A stretch of DNA of 25,933 bases, from assembly GCA_964534375.1 (NCBI GenBank), contig CAZHPN010000073.1:1-25933 (forward strand), in the 5' to 3' direction. The stretch's first letter is position 1, and each line of letters begins with the position of its first letter. The position numbers were made by a program, and so were the translations under genes. This DNA is from an uncultured bacterium. Its GTDB lineage: Bacteria; Lernaellota; Lernaellaia; Lernaellales; Lernaellaceae. The notes beneath the pieces were generated by a model that was not told the DNA's origin, made no database searches, and saw only the letters and a program-made list of their open reading frames with translations. Below, piece by piece: positions 1 to 7,626 of the stretch.

Positions 1-2
1 CA

Positions 3-48
3 GGAAATTTCGGCGGGAGCCGAAATTTCCGGGGAGAGGTCTGCGCGA
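3..48 (-). repeat. Copy 1 (partial) of dispersed double-hairpin element family
   Basis: Perfect 12-bp stem GGAAATTTCGGC/GCCGAAATTTCC (3-30) followed by GGGGAGAGGTCTGCGCGA. Its reverse complement matches 12461-12501 and 17994-18014. Confidence 0.8.
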
Positions 49-191
49 CCAACAATGAGCGCAATTCTGCGCCATTTGAAACATCGCGGCTCTTAATCCT
101 AAAGCCTATGCCGCCACCGGGAGGGGCGGCCGAGCGGCTCATCAGCACGCAGTCCGGGTCACGTAGATACGCCTGAACCAAAAAGTATAGA

Positions 192-236
192 TCCCATCGG
201 TCCCATACGTCCCATGTTTCCCATAACTCCCATCGC
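192..236. repeat. 9-bp tandem repeat (TCCCATnnn)x5
   Basis: tcccatcgg tcccatacg tcccatgtt tcccataac tcccatcgc read directly. Confidence 0.85.
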
Positions 237-304
237 GTCGAATGACGAGTGACCTCGAACAAGGGGCGCCGACCGGCACTGAGCGGCGAAGGCCGCTCAC
301 ACCG

Positions 305-407
305 GCCCCTCTCCGCGTCGGGGAGGGGCGGAAAATTTCGGAACCCGAAATTTTCAGGGGTCGGCGCGACGAGTCGCGCATCGAGCCGGTATTCATGCGA
401 GAGGCTC
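305..407 (-). repeat. Copy 2 of dispersed double-hairpin element, with one TIR-like end
   Basis: Reverse complement reads GAGCCTCTCGCATGAATACCGGCTCGAT...GACCCCTGAAAATTTCGGGTTCCGAAATTTTCCGCCCCTCCCCGACGCGGAGAGGGGC, collinear with 12421-12527. Confidence 0.8.
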
Positions 408-447
408 GACACGACGCGCCAGAATCCCGTGACGATCGTTCCGGCCG

Positions 448-483
448 ATCCTGTCCATCGCCATCATCCTGTCCATCCTGTTA
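448..483. repeat. 9-bp tandem repeat, ATCCTGTCC-like x4
   Basis: atcctgtcc atcgccatc atcctgtcc atcctgtta, immediately downstream of the minus-strand operon. Confidence 0.65.
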
Positions 484-506
484 AAATGATGCCCTAAAAT
501 TTCACC

Positions 507-938
507 TCAAAACGGCGCGCCCAGCCGCCGCACAACCTCGCCCAAACCGAAGCTCGCCGCGTTGGCGATGTACGACGCCGCCACCGCCGGCCAGAACGGA
601 ATCGGCCGCGCCAGCAGAAAGAACGTCACCGCTTCCAAGATGCCCACAAGCAACTCGCCGGAGATGACGTAGATCGTCCACGGGCGCATCGTCAGCACGA
701 ACATCGGGCAGATCGCGGCGAACCACGTCGCCGCCGTCAACGCTCGCCACGCGCCGCGGGCGACGCCCGGCCAGACGAACCACAGCAGCGGATGCGTGTA
801 CGCCGTGCCGGCCAAGCTGCACAGCGCGCCGCGTCGAATCGAAACCCAGCGCATCGACAGCAAGACCCAGAACGGCATCTCCACCGCAAAGCTGAAGAGA
901 TACGACAAAAACCAGCGCGTCGTGTGCGAAATCGGCAA
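507..938 (-). CDS. Small integral membrane protein (143 aa), last gene of the DUF2339 operon
   Basis: Several hydrophobic segments. TTG start preceded by GAAGGGGGA, 12 nt after the stop of the upstream gene. Confidence 0.75.
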   Translation of the reverse strand: MPISHTTRWFLSYLFSFAVEMPFWVLLSMRWVSIRRGALCSLAGTAYTHPLLWFVWPGVARGAWRALTAATWFAAICPMFVLTMRPWTIYVISGELLVGILEAVTFFLLARPIPFWPAVAASYIANAASFGLGEVVRRLGAPF

Positions 939-950
939 TCCCCCTTCGCC

Positions 951-2261
951 CTATGGCGACGGCATGTTTTTGGCGGCGCGCAGTTGGCGCCACACGAGCC
1001 ACGCCATGCCCGCCCCGACGGCCAGCAACGCCGCCCATAGCCAACCCGCGTAGCGCTCGCTCCACGGCTGCTCGGCGGGCGCCTTGTGGTGCGCCGGGTT
1101 CGCGGCGATCGCGCCCGCCGCGGCCGGTTGCACGCCGGCTTTGCGCAGGTCGCCGACGAAGCGCGCCAGGTCGTAGGTCGGCGCCGTCGCCGCGTCGTTG
1201 CCGAAGTACAGGTTGCACGCGCGGCCCGGTTCGGCCTGGAATTGCAGGGCGACGGGTTCGCGAAACAACAGCACGCCGCCGATCGTCAGCGGTTTGTCGT
1301 TCTCGTTGTCGATGCGAAGCTGAAACAGCCGCTCGTTCGCGCCGTGCAGATGAACGGCCAGCGATTCGTCGTCTGCCAGTCGATAAATCAAATCGCCGCC
1401 GAGCGGCGTCCACGGCACGTCTTCTTCCTTGTCGAACCCCGCGCCGTCCTCGCGGGTGACGCGCACGGTGCGTTTCTCGCTGTCGCGGGCGAAGATCGTC
1501 ACGCGGCGCCAGAAGTTCGGATCGGCGACCGCCAGCTTGATCGTGCCGAGCCGCTCATTCCGCCCGCCCGCGTCGATCGCGACGACCGTTTGCGTCTTGT
1601 CCTCGGCGATGCTGTTTTTCACCGGCGATACCAAGATTTCCGGCGGGGCTGCCGCGGTTCGGCGCAGCGTCGCCGCCTCACGGATTTCGAGGCGCGCCGG
1701 GTCGTCGGCCCCGTTGAAAACCGTGACGCGCAAATAACGAAAATCGTTGCGCGGCAGGTCGACGCGCTTGACCTCGAAGCCGCCGGCGCCCGCGGCGCGG
1801 TACAGCAGCGCGCCGCTGCGCACGATTTTCCACGTCTTGCCGTCGTCGCCGCCCTCGACGCGCACGCGCCGGCGGAAATCGACGCCGGCCGTGTCGACTT
1901 CGATTTCCTCCTTGAAAATCTTCTCGCCGAAATCGGCGACGACCGCGCTTTCTTTGTTGGGCGCGTACGTGCGGTCGAACAACGTCGCCGCGATTTTCTC
2001 CGTCGCGATCCGCCGCCCGCGCTGCACGACCACGTACGGGATTTCCGCGCCGGTGGCGGCGTCGGCGAGGCGCAGATCGGCCAGATCGCCGCGTGCGGCG
2101 TCGAGGATCGCCGGCGGCAGCTCGGCTTCGCGCAGGCCCGACCCGGCGCCGGCGACGGTCACCGGGGCCAGGCTCGACCAATTCGCCCACGGTTGCTCGG
2201 CCGCGAGGCAGGCCGCCGCGATCGCCAGAACGGCGAGAAAAACCAGCGCCGCGGATTTCAT
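951..2261 (-). CDS. DUF3999-like exported, C-terminally membrane-anchored protein (436 aa)
   Basis: Start MKSAALVFLAVLAIAAACLAAE (signal peptide) overlaps the upstream stop as ATGA at 2258-2261. Motifs DLADLRL..G.EIPY, VRVEGGDDGKTW and LYFGN..A.APTYDL; C-terminal TM helix; typical neighbour of DUF2339. Confidence 0.8.
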   Translation of the reverse strand: MKSAALVFLAVLAIAAACLAAEQPWANWSSLAPVTVAGAGSGLREAELPPAILDAARGDLADLRLADAATGAEIPYVVVQRGRRIATEKIAATLFDRTYAPNKESAVVADFGEKIFKEEIEVDTAGVDFRRRVRVEGGDDGKTWKIVRSGALLYRAAGAGGFEVKRVDLPRNDFRYLRVTVFNGADDPARLEIREAATLRRTAAAPPEILVSPVKNSIAEDKTQTVVAIDAGGRNERLGTIKLAVADPNFWRRVTIFARDSEKRTVRVTREDGAGFDKEEDVPWTPLGGDLIYRLADDESLAVHLHGANERLFQLRIDNENDKPLTIGGVLLFREPVALQFQAEPGRACNLYFGNDAATAPTYDLARFVGDLRKAGVQPAAAGAIAANPAHHKAPAEQPWSERYAGWLWAALLAVGAGMAWLVWRQLRAAKNMPSP

Positions 2262-4624
2262 GACGGCGTCCCTCCCGCGGCCTGCAACCGCTTTTCCGCC
2301 AATTGGTAAACGAACGCCGCGCCGATCATCAGCGCGCCCACGCCGAAAAACGCCCCGATCCGATACAACGGCGACAGGCCGCTCATGTCCACCAGCACCA
2401 GTTTGGCCAGCGTCACGCCGAGCAAGCCGAGCGCCGCCAGGCGCGCCGGCCGCAGCCGCCGCCAGAAGCCGATGACGAGCGTCGCCAGGGCGTACAGACC
2501 CCACGTCACCGTCAACAGCGCCTGCCCCAGCGACCAACCGCTGCGCCGGGCTTCCGTCACCTGTTTCGCATACCGGTGGACTTCGAAACTGAGCGCCACC
2601 AGCAGCAAGAACGCCAGCAGCGCGACGACCGCTTGCGTCAACGCACGTTCACTGCCGCCGATCGCCGCCGACGCGCGCCGGGCCAGGAGCGGATAAACGG
2701 TCAACGCGCCGAGGGCGACCAGTTGCGCCGCGAAGCGCAGGTTGAGGAAGATGGCGTAATCCGCCGGCTGCGTTTCGAAGTAATCCGCGAAGGCGAACGC
2801 CCAGCCGACCAGCCAGAAAACGAAGCCGGCGGCGCGCAAATCCGGCAAGCGGCTGCGGAAGCCTTCGCGGAAATAGGCCGCGGCGCCGAGCGACCAGATC
2901 GCGACGGCCGCCGGAATCGTATAGGGCGGCGAAGCCGTCTTCGCCAGCGCCAACCAGTAGTGCAGAAACTGCATGATCTCGCCGCTCACGATGACCAGCA
3001 GCGTCAGCCCGCCGGCGATCGACGCGGCTTCGCGCGCAACGATGTCCCAATGCGCGCCGTCGTCGCTTTGCAAACGGAAGTGCAGCGCCGCATACGCAAA
3101 GGCCGACAGCGGCACGACGACCGCCCCGCCGAAGGAAACATTCAGGAACAAGCGGAAAAATTCGTTGTGCAACGGCCAATTCACGGCGAACAGGCGAATG
3201 ATCGCGGTCGCCAGCACGGCCAGACCGCCGAGGCGCGCCGGGAGGTAACGGAACCGGTAGCCCAGGTAACAAAGCGCCGGCGCTTCGATCGCCCACGCCA
3301 GCATGACGCCGTGCACCTGCAATTCGAGCGGCGCGGCCATGGTGACGAAGATGACGGCCAACGCGATGAACCCGAACAACGATTTCGCGTCCGCCACGGA
3401 GCGTCGGGTCACGGAGCCGAGGGCGATGTAGCACGCGGCCATGAACAACGCGACGAATCCGAGCACCCAGCCGTACGCCGCGTGCAACATCTCGTAGGCG
3501 AACGCAAACCAGACGACGGCGTTGGCCATCGCCAGCAGAAAGCGCTCGATGGGGATCGGCGTCTTCCGCCGCAGGTGGTAGACGAACGGCAACGGCAGAA
3601 AAATCAGGAAGAACACGGCCAGCCACGGCAGCGTCGCCCAAAGCTGATCGACGTGGTAGAAGCGCGCGTGCCACTCGCCGAAGAGGAGCGCCGTGCCGGC
3701 AAAGGCCAGCACGTCGAGCGCGCGCCACTTGCGGAAAAACGCCACGCCGAACACCGCGAGGTCGAGCAAGGTCAGGTAGCCGCAGAGGGCGTCGCGCGCG
3801 TTCTCGCCGGTCGAGACGAAGATCGGCGTCAGGATGCCGCCGAGCAGCGCCAGAAAGGCCATCGGCAGCGCATCGTGCAAAACGGCGAGCGCCATGCCGA
3901 GCGCGGCGACGACGATGAACGAGGCGATCGCCAGCGCCCGCGGAATCAGGCTGTAAAAGCTGTACGCGGAAAAAATCGACAGGAACAACACGGCGAGCCC
4001 GAGGCCGACGAGCCCCTCGCCGAGCGTCGCCATGACTTTGCGGATCAGGCGGTCGCCGGCGAAGATCACCGCGAGGCCGCCGGCCAAACCCAGCAGGACG
4101 CGCGCGGTCGGACCGACCCAGCCGCTGTCAAAGGCATATTTGATGAAAAACGCCGTCGCCAAAAACAAGACGATCGCGCCCGCGTAGGTCAGCCAGCGCT
4201 TGCCGATCGCGGTTTCCCAGTCGATCGGCGGCGCGGGCGCGGCCGGCGGCGCACCCGGCGCGGTGGTCGGCCGCGCACTCGGCGCGGTGGTCGGCGGCGC
4301 GGGCGCCGCGGCCGGCGCGCTCGGGGCGATCGTCGCCGGCGGCGGGGGCGGCAGCGGGCTGACCCACACTCGTTCCGGTGCAGCCGCCGCCGGAACCGTG
4401 GCCGTCGCGACCGGCGCCGGACCCGGCGATGGCGCGGCCGGCGAGAAAATGCCCCGTTCGATTCGCTCGAGCCGCGACTCGATTTCCCGCAGCCGGCGGT
4501 CGGTCTCCTGTTGCGTCTTCCCGCCTTTTGCCGAACGGAAATAGGCGACGATTCCGAGAATCATTCCGCCGAGAAAGAAGGGTCCCGCGAGCAACGCCAA
4601 GAACAGATCGAAGATCTCGCTCAT
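2258..4624 (-). CDS. DUF2339 family multi-pass membrane protein (788 aa)
   Basis: N-terminal TM, coiled segment and Pro/Ala linker, then WETAIGKRWLTYAGAIVLFLA..FFIKYAFDSGWVGP..R and C-terminal KLVLVDMSGL..LYRIGAF. Start chosen at MSEIFDL. Confidence 0.88.
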   Translation of the reverse strand: MSEIFDLFLALLAGPFFLGGMILGIVAYFRSAKGGKTQQETDRRLREIESRLERIERGIFSPAAPSPGPAPVATATVPAAAAPERVWVSPLPPPPPATIAPSAPAAAPAPPTTAPSARPTTAPGAPPAAPAPPIDWETAIGKRWLTYAGAIVLFLATAFFIKYAFDSGWVGPTARVLLGLAGGLAVIFAGDRLIRKVMATLGEGLVGLGLAVLFLSIFSAYSFYSLIPRALAIASFIVVAALGMALAVLHDALPMAFLALLGGILTPIFVSTGENARDALCGYLTLLDLAVFGVAFFRKWRALDVLAFAGTALLFGEWHARFYHVDQLWATLPWLAVFFLIFLPLPFVYHLRRKTPIPIERFLLAMANAVVWFAFAYEMLHAAYGWVLGFVALFMAACYIALGSVTRRSVADAKSLFGFIALAVIFVTMAAPLELQVHGVMLAWAIEAPALCYLGYRFRYLPARLGGLAVLATAIIRLFAVNWPLHNEFFRLFLNVSFGGAVVVPLSAFAYAALHFRLQSDDGAHWDIVAREAASIAGGLTLLVIVSGEIMQFLHYWLALAKTASPPYTIPAAVAIWSLGAAAYFREGFRSRLPDLRAAGFVFWLVGWAFAFADYFETQPADYAIFLNLRFAAQLVALGALTVYPLLARRASAAIGGSERALTQAVVALLAFLLLVALSFEVHRYAKQVTEARRSGWSLGQALLTVTWGLYALATLVIGFWRRLRPARLAALGLLGVTLAKLVLVDMSGLSPLYRIGAFFGVGALMIGAAFVYQLAEKRLQAAGGTPS

Positions 4625-4787
4625 TATTGGCCGCCTCTCGGAGTTTCGTTCAACATAGCCGATTTTCGCGGACGAAAGCCAGCCACGGGCGGCGTCGCAT
4701 TGCGATTTGCGTGGTGTCTCAGTTTGGAAAGTAGCGCGGCGAGTCGGCAAAAATGCAGTTGACGCGTTTGGTTTGCCTGTGGCATGC

Positions 4788-4841
4788 TCACGCCCGTTTT
4801 CCCGCGCGGAATTAACCGCGCGGGGGCCAAAGGGGGCGTGA
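4788..4841. other. Nested inverted repeat / hairpin in divergent intergenic region
   Basis: TCACGCCC...GGGCGTGA outer arms enclose CCCGCGCGG-aattaa-CCGCGCGGG. Confidence 0.5.
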
Positions 4842-4985
4842 TGAAGTTTCTTGCCCGTGTTGAGTTAAACACGGGCCAGCCCAGCGTCGGGCGGAAAATC
4901 GACGCGGTAGCGGCGGAGGAACAGTTCCTCGGCCTTTTGTTTTCGGTGATCGATTGGCAGATGTAGAAACGAAAGGAGCGCTACA

Positions 4986-5330
4986 ATGGACGAACTGGAA
5001 AAGAAGGAAAACACGATATGGAAGAAAATCAACGCAGTTAGCAACGGGACCGGCGGATTTGCCCGGGCTAATAGCGTTGACGAGACACAAAGTTGGCTCG
5101 GTCGGATCAAGAATAGGTTGCTCCGCTTCATCGCGGCGCGCTGGCGCGGTCTTGTCTGCGGCGGTATCGCCTTTGTGGCGATGATCCTGATTTTCGGGCC
5201 CGCCGGTTTTGCATTCGGTGGAACCGCGTATCACGTTGGCTGGTTGCTGTACGGTTTCGTTAGCATGTTGATTGGCGATTGGGTCGGACTCAGATGGCCC
5301 TCTGAATTAGCGCCGGCCTCAGCAGCATAG
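4986..5330 (+). CDS. Small hypothetical membrane protein (114 aa, 2 C-terminal TM helices)
   Basis: RBS AAGGAG upstream of the ATG, charged N-terminus, two hydrophobic segments, followed by a clear terminator. Confidence 0.7.
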   Translation: MDELEKKENTIWKKINAVSNGTGGFARANSVDETQSWLGRIKNRLLRFIAARWRGLVCGGIAFVAMILIFGPAGFAFGGTAYHVGWLLYGFVSMLIGDWVGLRWPSELAPASAA

Positions 5331-5348
5331 TACCCGTAAGATGAGATG

Positions 5349-5383
5349 AGCCCCGCCGCCGACCGTGGCGGGGCTTTTTTTTT
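5349..5383 (+). terminator. Rho-independent terminator
   Basis: AGCCCCGCC...GGCGGGGCT stem followed by a T run, 18 nt after the 4986-5330 stop. Confidence 0.85.
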
Positions 5384-5587
5384 GCCCGTTCAAACTGACC
5401 CAATACCCGGCCGTTGACGGGGCTTCCGGGGTGCGAATAGGCTGTAACGCATGTCCTCGGAAACTAAACACGAACCGACGAAGGCGGCATATTGGAGTCG
5501 CTTTCGATCCGTTCTTGCGCTTGCCGCTCGCAATCGGCAAACTTCTGACGCAGCCATGATGCGGATCCGGGCGCACTGTTTTTTCAG

Positions 5588-6292
5588 CTACTCACCGTGT
5601 TCGCCGCCTTGCCCCTCGTCCGCCGCTTCTTGATCGGTTGGCGATGGCGGGCCAGGGAGGCGAAGAGGTATCTGACCAGATTGTGGAACTTCTGCCAGCT
5701 TTCCGGCATCATCACGCCCAGGCGCTTGTCCGCTTCCTCCGGTTTCTTCATTTTCAGACGGCTCCGGTTGCTCGTCCCGATTCTTGAGATCCAATTCGCC
5801 CTGTTGTGCTGCCGGTTTGGCTATAATCAGTCCGTTCACCTTGGTGTCGCCCGATTTCTTCAACATATGGTCATTGTCAAACGTATGCAATTTGCTCACG
5901 CCAAGATGGATCGCCGTTGCGATATGGATTGCGTCTGGCGTTGGTAATCCAGGATCATAGTTTTTCTGTTTCCTTTTCCCCTTCTTTGGATAAGCAATGC
6001 GAAGATCGTGGGCGCGACGACAAATTCGGCTATCCGGGGCGACGACGGCAATCTTTCCATTTAACAGAAATTTGTTAAATAAGGCTTTGTTGGCGTCCGA
6101 CAAATCTGTGTCGAACACCTCGACCCTTGTTATCGTCGAGGTGACGATGTTGGACTCATCGGCCATAAATTCGCCGACCGCTTTCTGCAAGCCCCAGTTT
6201 TCTGTTGGATCGGCCCTCTGTTCGCCCGTCAACCAAGCAATGAATACATTGGAATCCCAATAGTATACGGGCCTGGGTTTATTCCCACTCAT
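5588..6292 (-). CDS. PIN-domain ribonuclease (VapC-like toxin), 234 aa with low-complexity C-terminal tail
   Basis: All four PIN acidic motifs: YYWDSNVFIAW, STITRVEV, TPDAIHIATA, LHTFDND. Start MSGNKP overlaps the upstream gene by 14 nt. Confidence 0.88.
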   Translation of the reverse strand: MSGNKPRPVYYWDSNVFIAWLTGEQRADPTENWGLQKAVGEFMADESNIVTSTITRVEVFDTDLSDANKALFNKFLLNGKIAVVAPDSRICRRAHDLRIAYPKKGKRKQKNYDPGLPTPDAIHIATAIHLGVSKLHTFDNDHMLKKSGDTKVNGLIIAKPAAQQGELDLKNRDEQPEPSENEETGGSGQAPGRDDAGKLAEVPQSGQIPLRLPGPPSPTDQEAADEGQGGEHGE

Positions 6293-7103
6293 CGCGCAAT
6301 CTCCGAACCGCCTTTTCTGCCTCGACGCCCTTCGTTGCATTAGGCGCTATGGCGTGTAAATCGGCCAAAGACGGAAGTTCGTCGTCCGTCGGATGAACTT
6401 CAATGTCGTCAAGGTCTACCAGATGAGGGTATGGATCGCCAGCTTTATAGTGAAGCGTCCCGAAGACAGTAACATAGCGGTCGAGCCCCGTTCGCACCTT
6501 GGAACGCATTTCATCCTTGAAGACGCACGTGACACGCCGCGGCCCAGCTATCGGGGAAAGCCAAATCTGCCTCGTTTCATCGTGAAAATTTGCCTTATCC
6601 ATCTTCCCAGATATGGAACCAATCTCCACTTCCTCTTTCGGCGCTATTTCTGCGGTCGGTTGAACGGTTTTGTCAACAATTACCTGGTTATCGTCAGCGC
6701 AAAACTCAAGCCGGCGAATCTTGTCGTGGTCAACCGGCCGTACAATATCTTCGTAAAGTTTTCGTCGCTTGCCCAGTCCTTCGAGGTTCGTTCCGGTTCT
6801 GAAGTGACGAATTCCCTCACAGACGCGCTGGTAAATCTTCGCTTCGATCACTGGGTCTTGGGACGCGGCGTTGCGCCTAACGCTAACGGTATACGGGCTG
6901 TCGTGCGTAATATCTACGATTTCGTAATCGCCGAGCGCCTGCCCTTCGGCGCTTACTTCCTTGTCTTCCGCAACCAGAGCGGCCTTAATGGCGGTCAGTT
7001 CCGCCGCAAAAACAGTTATAGAAACGCGCCGACAATCGTCATGTTGGCCGGCGAGAGATATCTTGAGCGTCGGATTTTTCCGTTCTTCAGTCTGGTTTGG
7101 CAT
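6279..7103 (-). CDS. Uncharacterised 274-aa protein, putative large antitoxin (OB-fold-like region plus VapB-like C-terminal tail)
   Basis: RBS AGAAAGGG before MPNQTEE. Beta-rich segment GSISGKM...VTCVF...YVTVFGTLHY and tail LPSLADL...AEKAVRRLRDEWE. Overlaps the PIN gene. Function is inferred. Confidence 0.7.
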   Translation of the reverse strand: MPNQTEERKNPTLKISLAGQHDDCRRVSITVFAAELTAIKAALVAEDKEVSAEGQALGDYEIVDITHDSPYTVSVRRNAASQDPVIEAKIYQRVCEGIRHFRTGTNLEGLGKRRKLYEDIVRPVDHDKIRRLEFCADDNQVIVDKTVQPTAEIAPKEEVEIGSISGKMDKANFHDETRQIWLSPIAGPRRVTCVFKDEMRSKVRTGLDRYVTVFGTLHYKAGDPYPHLVDLDDIEVHPTDDELPSLADLHAIAPNATKGVEAEKAVRRLRDEWE

Positions 7104-7528
7104 AACCAGACCCTTTCTCTTGGCTACGCCACGTGCATGAGTGTCGGCAAAGCAACCGCTTCCCCTCGATCTTTTGGATTCCTTCAGCGCTCCGTGCGCC
7201 ATCGCTAACACTCTGAGTATTATACTTGTGATGGAAATTCGCAAGGTGCAGGGAAACGTGCTTACCGGACAGATGCTGGTGGGTGCCGCCGAGCCTCCGC
7301 TTCCTGTTGCGGAAGGCGTCGTCAACGGTGTTTGTCCTCGCCAAGCGGACCGTTTCTTCGTCGGTTCGCGCATGTTCTTCTTGTGATTGGTTTTCGGCGC
7401 CGTGAGATGCGACGTCCCGACCGAACTTGTTGTTGAGTTTCGATTCGTCGGTGTCGGGGTGCGCGCCGGGCACGACGTGCGACCTGATGCCGCCGCAGGC
7501 GGCGGTGCGAAGTCGCTCGTGCAACCCG

Positions 7529-7605
7529 GTGCCTAGTCGTCCGGTTTTTTTAATACTTTTTTTTCCCTTAAGGAAATTACAGGCAAACCCTGCAAAACAT
7601 GGCAC
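7529..7605. other. Candidate replication-origin-like AT-rich segment downstream of primase
   Basis: AT-rich core (7545-7578) containing CCTTAAGG, flanked by short inverted motifs GTGCC/GGCAC and GGTTT/AAACC. Confidence 0.35.
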
Positions 7606-7626
7606 GGTTCCCATGCGGACCTCCGT

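Noticed and set aside
5384..5587. tRNA or structured RNA at the island edge
   Set aside because: No cloverleaf, T-loop consensus or recognisable RNA motif.
7104..7373. N-terminal extension of the putative antitoxin to 364 aa
   Set aside because: The extension is not protein-like and contains a TATAAT (minus strand, 7219-7224); a good RBS precedes the ATG at 7103.
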